This document shows positions 18,032-26,645 of a stretch of 37,403 nucleotides of DNA, piece after piece (within the stretch, counting starts at the first letter, position 1; each line of letters begins with the position of its first letter). The position numbers and the translations under genes are program-made. The stretch comes from an uncultured virus (IMG/VR IMGVR_UViG_3300050343_000259) (lineage: Duplodnaviria > Heunggongvirae > Uroviricota > Caudoviricetes). The notes under the pieces were generated by a model. That model had not been told where the DNA came from, searched no databases, and saw only the letters and a list, made by a program, of their open reading frames with translations. The stretch lies in IMG/VR virus record IMGVR_UViG_3300050343_000259; one strand, 5' to 3'.

Positions 18032-18745
18032 TTAATTATTTTTAAATACTATTGCCTCATAAGATAAATACTCTAAATCTTTATCTTTAAATTGTTTTAC
18101 TATTTTCATTCCTGCTAATTTTTCCAATTTTTCAAATGGAATATCATTGCTTGGCGAATGAATAACTACCAAGAATCCGTTTTCATTTACAAAATGTGAA
18201 CCTCTTTTTATGTAATATTCTAAGGGAGATAATTCTCCGACCTCTCTGTTATTATCTATAGATTTATAAAAGGTCATTTCATCATCAGGTTGTGTTATAA
18301 CAATGTTATATTTTCTTGATGAATTAGTATTGCATACTGCGAAATACTGTGAAATATCTCTTTCAAATGAATTAAATAATCCTTTTTCGTTTCTATCTTG
18401 ACAAACAAATTCTGTTACTCTTTTACATACATAATCTAAATTATATGCACTTATGCTCGTGTTTTTAGGTGCTGCTTCTAGCATTTTACCTGCACCGCTA
18501 TTAGTGTGTAATAGGCTCACAGGAGCCGGTAATTGCTTGTCCCCCTCTACTGAGTAATTTATTATTTGACCTCTAAACCACCCCCAAATGTCTTTTATAA
18601 GTTTATTAGATAATATAAAGTCATTACATTTACTATACCTTTTCAAAAAAGATAATTCTTCTTGAGATGCATAATAACCTTCAGGATATGATTTAACTAT
18701 CCTTTCTATTCTATCATCTATATTATTTTCTTTTTTAATTTCCAT
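18032..18745 (-). CDS. Degenerate N6-adenine DNA methyltransferase-like protein (DarB N-terminal type), probably inactive
   Basis: Collinear remnants: SQEELSFLKRYS, IKDIWG, LLHTNSGAGKML (motif I), AYNLD, YNIVITQPD (in place of FDxVIGNPP), YYIKRGSHFVNENGFLVVI. Confidence 0.65.
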   Translation of the reverse strand: MEIKKENNIDDRIERIVKSYPEGYYASQEELSFLKRYSKCNDFILSNKLIKDIWGWFRGQIINYSVEGDKQLPAPVSLLHTNSGAGKMLEAAPKNTSISAYNLDYVCKRVTEFVCQDRNEKGLFNSFERDISQYFAVCNTNSSRKYNIVITQPDDEMTFYKSIDNNREVGELSPLEYYIKRGSHFVNENGFLVVIHSPSNDIPFEKLEKLAGMKIVKQFKDKDLEYLSYEAIVFKNN

Positions 18746-19798
18746 TTATTTTTCTGATTTGACCATATCTATATAAACTTCTTTAATGTTTGCATCACTT
18801 CTGACCCAAGGTGCTCTTTCTTCAAGGATTTTTCTGCTTCCTTTTGCCGTTACCCATATTTGTTTAGTAGGTCCATACTTTTTATAATCTGCGAACTCAC
18901 TTCCTCCTATGAACATATCACTAAAGAAAATTACGCACATTTCATAATCAGGATTTTCTTTTTGTTTTGTTCTTTCTATATCTCCTAATTTTCTAAATGC
19001 TCCATTAAATGATGTACCACCACCACCGTGATAAATAATTCTTTTATCTACATCTTTTAAAGGCTCCTCTGCATTTGGAACACCAAATTTCGGGTCTTTA
19101 TCATAATCGTACATACTACAACTATCACATACCCACATTTGCCCTGAATACTTTTTAGCTAAATCAGGTATGAATTGAGATAAAAGTTCTAAAAACGATA
19201 CTCCTGCTTCTGTATAGCTTCCCATACTTCCGGATTGGTCTAACAAAACAATAACCTCTTTGTCATCATCTATTACTTTTGACTTTGCCTTTCTAAATAC
19301 TGCAATACCTTGAGAAATATATGTTTGGGCTCCTTCATAATCTATGTTTTTTCTTCCCATTTTAGGTAAGCCTATTAACTCTCCTATTCCTGCTTCTATT
19401 TTACTAAACCACTCAGGCTCTCCTCCTTCACTTTCAGGAACTGCCATACTACCTATTTCTCCACCTTTTCCTTCTCCTATTGCATCAGGAGGTAGTATAT
19501 ACTCTCCATCAGGAAATTTTATTTTGTTGCTTAAAATCTCAGCTTTTATTTCACTAACATTAAACTCTGCCTCTCTAATATCTTTTAAGTCTTGAGCAGT
19601 TAATTGTTCGTTTTCATTAAAAGCATTTTTTTCAATTGAACCACAAGAATCAGGCATATCTGCCGTAATGGGATTAAGTATCTTATTTTGGGCTTTTATA
19701 TCATCTTTTAGCCTACCAACAAGACCTTCAAGATTTTCATTTAATCCTGAAATAATATCATTATATTTTTCTTCTTTTTGCTTGTAATTCATTACCAT
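18746..19798 (-). CDS. VWA-domain protein (DUF2201 C-terminal-like)
   Basis: MIDAS motif VLLDQSGSM, GGGGTSF, IFFSDM. Confidence 0.85.
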   Translation of the reverse strand: MVMNYKQKEEKYNDIISGLNENLEGLVGRLKDDIKAQNKILNPITADMPDSCGSIEKNAFNENEQLTAQDLKDIREAEFNVSEIKAEILSNKIKFPDGEYILPPDAIGEGKGGEIGSMAVPESEGGEPEWFSKIEAGIGELIGLPKMGRKNIDYEGAQTYISQGIAVFRKAKSKVIDDDKEVIVLLDQSGSMGSYTEAGVSFLELLSQFIPDLAKKYSGQMWVCDSCSMYDYDKDPKFGVPNAEEPLKDVDKRIIYHGGGGTSFNGAFRKLGDIERTKQKENPDYEMCVIFFSDMFIGGSEFADYKKYGPTKQIWVTAKGSRKILEERAPWVRSDANIKEVYIDMVKSEK

Positions 19799-20007
19799 TT
19801 ATTTTGGGGACAATGTTGTCCTCTTAATGCAGTTTTTGCTTTTAAAATACACCCACAAGTTAGTTGTCTACCACTTCTGTCGTATTCAGGTCTTAATAAA
19901 GTTCCACAAGTTAGTCCAACTCCAAAAGTCTGTTTTGAATAGGGACATCTTGCACAGATATTTAACCTGTCTTGTGCCGTTAATTCTCTAGGTGTGTTAT
20001 TCCACAT
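19792..20007 (-). CDS. Small Cys-rich (zinc-binding) phage protein
   Basis: RLNICARCP...CG...CGCILKAKT...CPQNKW, a pattern common in phage small proteins. Confidence 0.75.
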   Translation of the reverse strand: MWNNTPRELTAQDRLNICARCPYSKQTFGVGLTCGTLLRPEYDRSGRQLTCGCILKAKTALRGQHCPQNKW

Positions 20008-20012
20008 ACTAA

Positions 20013-21596
20013 TTATTGTTTTAATTCTTCTAACTCTTCTAATGCAACATCTATATACATCATCTCTTCTTGTGTCAACTTATCTTTATGCTTTAGCTTA
20101 ATACTATTAAAATTGTCTATTGACTTATTAATGTTTTTTGTTAAGTTGATGTCTTTTATTTTTTCCTCTAAATCTTCTTTTCTTTTTGTTTGTTCTTCTG
20201 TCCAATCAGGAATATCATTAGCATCAAAATCTGAATCTTCCTCTTTTTCATTTTCTCCTTTTCCCTCTGCCTCTCCTTCTCCTTCTCCTTCTGCTTTTCC
20301 TTCTCCCTCTTCTTCGTTTACTTTGCTATCTCCTTCATTTTTATCTTGTTCCGTGTCTGATTGTGAACCTGAGCCTGAGCCATCTTCTTCATCCTCATCT
20401 TCATCCTCGCTTAACTCATCTGACCACACACCATCTCCTTGATTGTTTCCATCTACTCCTCCATTGAGTAAATCCTCAAGTATTTCTTCTTTTTCTTTGA
20501 TTATTTCTTCCGGAGTTTTGTTTTCATCTCCACTATCTCCACCTTCTCCATCTCCGCTTTCTCCACCTTCTGAATCTCCACCTTCTGAATCTCCACTTTC
20601 TCCATCATCATCATCATCTCCTCCTGAATCTCCTCCTTGACCTTCATCTTCACCATCATCTCCATACTCTCCTTGTTGTCCTTCTTCTTCAGGGATAGCT
20701 GATATTATTTGTGATTTAGTAAATACACCAAGTAAATCTCCGCTTGTCGTAAGCTGCATTCTTGATTCTTTTACTGCATCCATTAAAGAATTGAATTCTT
20801 CTTCACTTATACTTTCTACAACATAATTTCCCTCTTCATCTATATCTACTATTTTTCCGGGGTCGCCATTGTAAGGGGATTCGTTTGTGTCAATTATTAC
20901 ATAATCTCCTATTTCAAAATCTTTTGGCTCTTGTTTATCTTGTTCTTGGTCTTTATCGTTTTCTTGCTTTTGTCTTTTATTAGCTTTATTGAATTTATTA
21001 GCTATAATCCACCACTCAGGTATGTAAGGGTTATCCGCATCGTAAGGCAAATCAATCTTACCAAATTGTTCTTCAGGAACTAAAAGAGATTGGTCTTTAT
21101 CCTTAAAATTCATACACTTATAAACCTCTAACAATCCGCTTCTACTTAGTTGGTCATTAATTCTGATGTCCATACAACAATTAGCATTACGAACATCGCT
21201 AAAAGGCATTGTAAGTAAGCAATCTCCTCTTAATATATGACCCATTTCGTGTCTAAAAGCTGCTTTCATAGCAGGTTCCCAATAGCACATATATTTAGTA
21301 AATGTTGGATAGCCTATATAAAATCTTTTTTTCTTTCTTGAATATGCTGAGTAAAAAGTAGTAGCTTTTGGGTCATAGTAAAGCAATATATCATTTGGTA
21401 TCATTCCTGCTTCTCTAATCAAATCATCAAGAACACCTAATCTAAAATTATCAGAAATTCTTTTCAGATTTTGTGTAATTCTAGCTGAACTGTTTTTTAA
21501 TGCCTGAAATTTAAATTCACCAATATCATCTTTAGCACTTTGCATATAAAAGTCCCAAAACTTACTCCAATCAGTATAATATTTATGTTCTGACAT
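20013..21596 (-). CDS. Zincin metallopeptidase-like protein (DUF2201 N-terminal-like) with KOW/SH3-like domain and long acidic linker
   Basis: FRHEMGHIL (HExxH) followed by ANCCMDIRIN (NxxxDxxIN); FEIGDYVII..GKIVDID; D/E/G-rich tract at about 20200-20690. Confidence 0.82.
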   Translation of the reverse strand: MSEHKYYTDWSKFWDFYMQSAKDDIGEFKFQALKNSSARITQNLKRISDNFRLGVLDDLIREAGMIPNDILLYYDPKATTFYSAYSRKKKRFYIGYPTFTKYMCYWEPAMKAAFRHEMGHILRGDCLLTMPFSDVRNANCCMDIRINDQLSRSGLLEVYKCMNFKDKDQSLLVPEEQFGKIDLPYDADNPYIPEWWIIANKFNKANKRQKQENDKDQEQDKQEPKDFEIGDYVIIDTNESPYNGDPGKIVDIDEEGNYVVESISEEEFNSLMDAVKESRMQLTTSGDLLGVFTKSQIISAIPEEEGQQGEYGDDGEDEGQGGDSGGDDDDDGESGDSEGGDSEGGESGDGEGGDSGDENKTPEEIIKEKEEILEDLLNGGVDGNNQGDGVWSDELSEDEDEDEEDGSGSGSQSDTEQDKNEGDSKVNEEEGEGKAEGEGEGEAEGKGENEKEEDSDFDANDIPDWTEEQTKRKEDLEEKIKDINLTKNINKSIDNFNSIKLKHKDKLTQEEMMYIDVALEELEELKQ

Positions 21597-23881
21597 TATA
21601 ACTTTTCAATTAATTCTTTTAATCTTACTCCATTTCCTGACTCTTTCATTCTTTCATTCAAACTACCTTCATAGAACCTAGTAAGTATTGATTTAACTCT
21701 AGGGTTTTTAAAGAAATTCATTACTTTTTCTGATTCCCCTCCTTTTTTACTTTCTTGTAAAAACTTGATATATTTTTCGTTGTCTGCTAAAGTTGAATCA
21801 AAAAATGATGCAAAAGCACCCATAAAGTAATATCTAATATAAAGGCTTAAAGAAAGTGAGTTTTCATAATTGTTTAGTCCGTATAATCCACTTTGCTCTT
21901 GACTTTTTCTTTGAGCAGGTTTCATTCCTCTTAATTTCGATTTAGTTTCGCCATACATCATTTTTTCTGTCTGTTCGGCATCTACTTTAAGAGTATGTGT
22001 TTCAATTTCTCCTTCTTTATTTAAGAACTTTTCAAAAAAGTTATTTACTTCTAAAATTTGCTTTGTAAATAAATCAGAGTCTATTTGAGTATCTCCTCTA
22101 AGATTTATCATTATTTGCTGATATATAAAAGGAATCATTTTATCTCCTACATTTGCTAATTGGTCATAATTTCCTGCTTGATTTTCGTTAGATGCTTGAA
22201 TATATGATAATGCATTTAATGTCCAAGAAGTTAGCTTTGATGGGTTTCCATTAGTTTGAGCATAGCTATTTGACAACTCTAATTGAAGATAATTGAAGTA
22301 ATCCTTTTGATAATCTTTAAATGATAGTGCAATTTCGTTTCTCAATCTCATTACAGGACTTATATTTCCACCGCCTACTTTTGATGCTCCTGCTAATGAT
22401 GCCCCAAAACTTTCCTCATCACTCTCAGTATATAATTCTTCAGCTAAACATAGCCATAATGCACCTAAACTTTCATAATAGTTTTTTAATCCGGGGTCAC
22501 TTTTATAATTTGACTTTCCTCCAAGATAATTATCTCTCCAAATCATTCCCCAAGCAGTATCATTAAAAACCTTATCATCATTTGACAAAAGCCTTACTGC
22601 TGATGACATATCTCCTCTTGCCTTTCCTAATATTTTTTGAAAATATGAACTAAAATTTTGATAAAAATAATTTCCACTTCTATCTCTTTGATTTAGCATT
22701 TTTGGTAAAAAGCTATATTGCCATTGTAAGTTAACTTCATCAAGAAAAGCTACTTTCTTTAGTAGCAATGAAACATCCATATCATTAGGACCAAATTTAT
22801 CTACACAATCCATTACTTTGGTTGCATTTTTATCCGGTGGATATAATGCCATTGTGCTTCTCATAATTATTTGACAAAATCTTCTAAATAGTGCTTCCTC
22901 AATATCTTTAGTGGCATTTGCTATTCCAACTATTCTACAATCCATTAAAGGCAATCCTTTAGATACTTGAGAACGAACTAAATCTGCCATATTACGATAA
23001 TCTCCATAATCAACATCTAATGGAATTGGCATTCCCTTTTTGTTGTTTATTTCTTTCATTGTCCAACTTTTCAATGTTCTTTCACGAACAATATGTAACA
23101 ATGGTGCATATTTTTCTTTTTCGTGTTCACTTACCTTATCTAACTCATCAAGTATTAACCAATAATTACCATACCCTAAAATGGTACACAAATACATACA
23201 TAAGTCCCGTATGTCATCTCTTCCTGCTTCTAACGCATCTAAAGTGTACTCGTATGCAGTTTCTGCCTGTACTGCCGTTTCAGGGCTTCTTTTGAACACA
23301 AATTCTTTTGAATTCAATATTTCACGAGTAGTAGCATTAGATAAATTGTTTCTTGGATTATCTACCAACTGAACACTAATTTCTTGTTCGCCTTCAGGAT
23401 AATCTAATTCCATCAATGCTAGTAATATTTGATGAAGTATTTTATATGAATAAGAAAATTTTGTTTGAGGCTTATCATAAACCTTTATGTAGTTGTCAAA
23501 AATTGTTTGACCATTTGCTACTTGTGTAGAAATTGTACTACTATTTGGAAACCAATAAGGTTTTAAGAATTTTAGAATATCTTCTCCTGTTCTTATTTTT
23601 TTACCCTCACTATCTCTTTCTGTATCGTAATCTTTACTAATTAATTTTGCTAATCCTTCTATGTTTTCAGGCTTTTCTGAACCAATGTAAAGCATAGATG
23701 AAGGAAGCCTCCATTTTTCTGTAATTTGTAATAAAGTATAAGACTTACCAATTGATGATTTTCCTACAATTAAAACAGGTATATCATATCTTACGAGTTG
23801 TAAAATAGTTTTTAGTGTTTCGGTTCCTATTTTATCTTTTTCAACTCTTAATTTTTGTATTTCATTATTATCCCGTGCCAT
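21596..23881 (-). CDS. MoxR/dynein-related AAA+ ATPase
   Basis: Walker A VLIVGKSSIGKS, Walker B LILDELD, sensor 1 IANA, arginine finger ALFRRF. Confidence 0.85.
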   Translation of the reverse strand: MARDNNEIQKLRVEKDKIGTETLKTILQLVRYDIPVLIVGKSSIGKSYTLLQITEKWRLPSSMLYIGSEKPENIEGLAKLISKDYDTERDSEGKKIRTGEDILKFLKPYWFPNSSTISTQVANGQTIFDNYIKVYDKPQTKFSYSYKILHQILLALMELDYPEGEQEISVQLVDNPRNNLSNATTREILNSKEFVFKRSPETAVQAETAYEYTLDALEAGRDDIRDLCMYLCTILGYGNYWLILDELDKVSEHEKEKYAPLLHIVRERTLKSWTMKEINNKKGMPIPLDVDYGDYRNMADLVRSQVSKGLPLMDCRIVGIANATKDIEEALFRRFCQIIMRSTMALYPPDKNATKVMDCVDKFGPNDMDVSLLLKKVAFLDEVNLQWQYSFLPKMLNQRDRSGNYFYQNFSSYFQKILGKARGDMSSAVRLLSNDDKVFNDTAWGMIWRDNYLGGKSNYKSDPGLKNYYESLGALWLCLAEELYTESDEESFGASLAGASKVGGGNISPVMRLRNEIALSFKDYQKDYFNYLQLELSNSYAQTNGNPSKLTSWTLNALSYIQASNENQAGNYDQLANVGDKMIPFIYQQIMINLRGDTQIDSDLFTKQILEVNNFFEKFLNKEGEIETHTLKVDAEQTEKMMYGETKSKLRGMKPAQRKSQEQSGLYGLNNYENSLSLSLYIRYYFMGAFASFFDSTLADNEKYIKFLQESKKGGESEKVMNFFKNPRVKSILTRFYEGSLNERMKESGNGVRLKELIEKL

Positions 23882-23884
23882 AAT

Positions 23885-24475
23885 TTATTTTCTTATTATT
23901 AATTTCTCACAACTATCATTCAATTCACTTATTTCAAGCATTGATGCCATACATTCATCATCTAAGCACTCTATATTAATAATAGCCCCATCTTTTTTTG
24001 ATGCATCAATTACCGCTTGAGTGTAATATTTGTATGTATGAGTGTTGGAAAAATCTTTATCTAACTTAAATTTATTTATGTTTAATAAATTAGAATTTTT
24101 GTAATTGGGTTTTGTATTTAATTGACCTATTTTTTTGTTTTCACCGCCATCATTAACATAAAAGTCATATTGCCCACAAGATTTTGCATATCTATCGCAA
24201 ACTTGAGGCTCATACATCATTCCGCCTTTTCTAAACATTGTTATTTTGGCTCCTTTGTCAAAACTTACTCCATTTCCATCAATTTCGTTTATTGCTGATG
24301 CAATTTCCCTTGGTGTTCCTTCAACTTTGAATTTTCTGTCATCAGCCATAGATTTCTTGTTGATTATGGCTTCTCCACCCTCAACTTCTATTTTTTGACC
24401 CGTAGACTTTACTGTCATTGGTATTCCACCATCTGCGTGTGATGGTCCTTCTGTAAATCCTCCTTTTGCTCTCAT
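23885..24475 (-). CDS. Phage protein with GPSHxxGGI...EVEGGE motif and two xxKGG motifs
   Basis: RAKGGFTEGPSHADGGIP..EVEGGEAIINK..ASAINE resembles a motif seen in virion/tape-measure-associated phage proteins; FRKGG precedes an unrelated C-terminal half. Confidence 0.7.
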   Translation of the reverse strand: MRAKGGFTEGPSHADGGIPMTVKSTGQKIEVEGGEAIINKKSMADDRKFKVEGTPREIASAINEIDGNGVSFDKGAKITMFRKGGMMYEPQVCDRYAKSCGQYDFYVNDGGENKKIGQLNTKPNYKNSNLLNINKFKLDKDFSNTHTYKYYTQAVIDASKKDGAIINIECLDDECMASMLEISELNDSCEKLIIRK

Positions 24476-24482
24476 ATTAAGA

Positions 24483-24490
24483 CAAAAATA
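24483..24490 (-). promoter_or_regulatory. Bacteroidota-type -7 element (TATTTTTG) heading the left operon
   Basis: TAnnTTTG match 8 nt upstream of the ATG at 24475. Confidence 0.45.
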
Positions 24491-24577
24491 TGAAATTTAT
24501 TCGTATATTTACCCCGGAATTAAAACAAGTTTTTTAGTGAATTTAGGAAAACTTGAAAAATAAAAAAATATATTTTT

Positions 24578-24799
24578 ATGAAAAATGGCAAAGTTTTACC
24601 CTCACAATTTACTACAGATAAAGGAGAAATATCTCCAATAAGCATCGCATTTTTTGGACTAACCCTTGCGGTTATATTTTACCAACTTACCTTCTATAGA
24701 AAGTGGTTAAAGTCGATTGACCACAGTAAAGATTTGGAAGATAGAGTGGCTAAATTAGAGAAGCAAAAGCAAGAAAATAATGTAACTATTGTTTCTTAA
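24578..24799 (+). CDS. Small single-pass membrane protein with coiled-coil tail; the only plausible plus-strand gene
   Basis: ATG start, not shadowing a minus-strand gene, hydrophobic helix ISIAFFGLTLAVIFYQL followed by DLEDRVAKLEKQ. Confidence 0.6.
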   Translation: MKNGKVLPSQFTTDKGEISPISIAFFGLTLAVIFYQLTFYRKWLKSIDHSKDLEDRVAKLEKQKQENNVTIVS

Positions 24800-25022
24800 T
24801 ATTTTTCAACTTTTCAGATAAAAATAAGTAGCCAAAAACCAAAATAATTACTGAAGAATATATACACAAAGCCACTAAATTATATAAAAAAAATATACCA
24901 CAAAGGGGTATAAATATCCACGGATTCTTAATAACACTAGGCTTAACGCAAAATATTTGAGGAAATAATATTTTCTTAATTGTTATTTTAGATAATAATA
25001 TTTTTAGCTTTTTAATCAACAT
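24786..25022 (-). CDS. Small hydrophobic (membrane) hypothetical protein
   Basis: 78 aa with long hydrophobic stretches; start overlaps the upstream stop. Confidence 0.5.
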   Translation of the reverse strand: MLIKKLKILLSKITIKKILFPQIFCVKPSVIKNPWIFIPLCGIFFLYNLVALCIYSSVIILVFGYLFLSEKLKNIKKQ

Positions 25023-25836
25023 TATTGCTTGTTTTTATAAGTTCAATTTGTAAAAAACCATCAACCCACATTACAGTTGCCTTATCTCCGGGCTTATAAT
25101 TATTAAAATCCTTAACTATCCTTTCAATACTATTTTCTGATTTTGGCACCTGATTAAAGGATGTATTATTCAACTTTCTTCTTAAACTTTCTTCGTTCTT
25201 TCTTATGTATGAATAATGATGCATTTTTATATCCCTTCTATTAAAAATATGAAAATCTTTGCAATCAATGGTTCTAGTAGGGTCTAGTATTAAAGGAGTT
25301 AAGCCTACACCATAGTTTCTCTCATCACATTTAACTATAAAAGACATATATCCCAAGTTCATAGTTCTTTGCTTGGTTTCTTTCATAAAATTTTTCTGAG
25401 AAATAATCAGATTTCTTTTTTTGTAGTAATTATCATAAGAAACATAGGTTGTATCATAGTCATTTTCAATTACTTGATTTTTAGCCCATTTAAATTCATC
25501 AGGGACAAAAATTTCATCACAATCCATAGTTATATGATGTGAGCAATTTGCCACTTTAACACAAATATCTCTTCCAATATTTCTTTTTATTACTTCATTT
25601 AACTCTCCCTTGTGCCTTCCCTGTATTTCTTTTGGATTATAGAGGTATAAATAGTCTATTAAGCCTCTGCTCTTCAAATCATATAGAAAAGGCTCTAAAT
25701 CATCCCTAAACTCTCCAAAATTAGATGTATTCTGATATACAATACATATAAAATCTACACTATCTCTAATTTTAGTAATTGACTCCTCTAAAAGTTCTTC
25801 TCCATCAAAAACATTATAACTTACTCCTAATCTCAT
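25012..25836 (-). CDS. Glycosyltransferase-like protein (GT-A fold)
   Basis: VSYNVFDGEELLEESI..VDFICIV start, E..KRN, DxD motif MDCDE, C-terminal MHHYSYIR. Confidence 0.75.
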   Translation of the reverse strand: MRLGVSYNVFDGEELLEESITKIRDSVDFICIVYQNTSNFGEFRDDLEPFLYDLKSRGLIDYLYLYNPKEIQGRHKGELNEVIKRNIGRDICVKVANCSHHITMDCDEIFVPDEFKWAKNQVIENDYDTTYVSYDNYYKKRNLIISQKNFMKETKQRTMNLGYMSFIVKCDERNYGVGLTPLILDPTRTIDCKDFHIFNRRDIKMHHYSYIRKNEESLRRKLNNTSFNQVPKSENSIERIVKDFNNYKPGDKATVMWVDGFLQIELIKTSNNVD

Positions 25837-25837
25837 T

Positions 25838-26242
25838 TTATTGTCTATTTGGATTATCTAAAATTGAATTTTTCACATTATGTTGAGTAACAACTTCTCC
25901 GGTATCTTCTATGTAATATTTATGTTTCTCTTCCATCCCATACTCATTTGTTATTTTCTTTATAGGAAATCCTTTTCTTTTTACTAATATTATCTTTTCT
26001 GCAATTATATCTGTATAATATCTAGTTGTGTTGTCTTTACCTAATCTAGGATTACTTCTTATTCTAAACCATATTTTTACAAAGTCATCAGCTTTATATT
26101 CTTTTTTAACAACATCGGAAAAATGATAGTAAAATAGTATTGATATAAAATATTGCTTTTTGTTTCTGCTCTTGACTAATACAATATTTGTTATATCCTT
26201 AGTTATTTGATTTAAAGAATGTATTTTACCCGATACTATCAT
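25838..26242 (-). CDS. OB-fold single-stranded DNA-binding-like protein (DUF3127-like)
   Basis: MIVSGKI..., VKIWFRIRS, RYYTDIIAEKI match the DUF3127/SSB pattern; lies next to replication genes. Confidence 0.55.
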   Translation of the reverse strand: MIVSGKIHSLNQITKDITNIVLVKSRNKKQYFISILFYYHFSDVVKKEYKADDFVKIWFRIRSNPRLGKDNTTRYYTDIIAEKIILVKRKGFPIKKITNEYGMEEKHKYYIEDTGEVVTQHNVKNSILDNPNRQ

Positions 26243-26243
26243 C

Positions 26244-26645
26244 TTATCTTTTCATAATTTCATCTAATTCCAAATGTGGACATTCATAATGCTTATTTAA
26301 TTTGTCAATGAAAGAAGTTTCTTTTCCGCAAATTTCACATTGATTTTGAGGAATTAATTTTACATACAATGACAATATGGTTTCTATATCAGATTTGTTA
26401 ATTACAATCCCATCATCGCTTTCTGTGATAAATTCTCTCATAGGAACTTCAAGAGAATCCATTACGAATTTATTAAAATAGGCTATTGGACATATTTTAT
26501 CTTTTTTTATTTGTGCCTTATCATTGCTAATAGCCCAAAATATTCTCCACAATTCTTTTTTTTCATCTGCTAATTGCTCAAACCTTTCCCACTCAGGTAT
26601 TCCAATCTCTTTATTTATTATTACTGTTAACCTCGTTTCACTCAT
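26244..26645 (-). CDS. Hypothetical protein with C-terminal zinc-ribbon-like motif
   Basis: CEIC...CPH near the C-terminus. Confidence 0.65.
   Translation of the reverse strand: MSETRLTVIINKEIGIPEWERFEQLADEKKELWRIFWAISNDKAQIKKDKICPIAYFNKFVMDSLEVPMREFITESDDGIVINKSDIETILSLYVKLIPQNQCEICGKETSFIDKLNKHYECPHLELDEIMKR

Noticed and set aside
20200..20690. Short GGDSE/GEG repeats in the zincin gene as further GG cleavage motifs
   Set aside because: Ordinary acidic low-complexity linker lacking the aromatic/Met-x-K context.
1825..23372. Plus-strand ORFs in the track (1825, 2425, 3760, 4230, 6754, 6902, 10673, 11162, 12824, 16640, 17645, 19344, 20113, 20443, 22321, 23020, 23181)
   Set aside because: Antisense shadows of long minus-strand genes; F/S/L-rich composition mirrors K/E codons and many use non-ATG starts.
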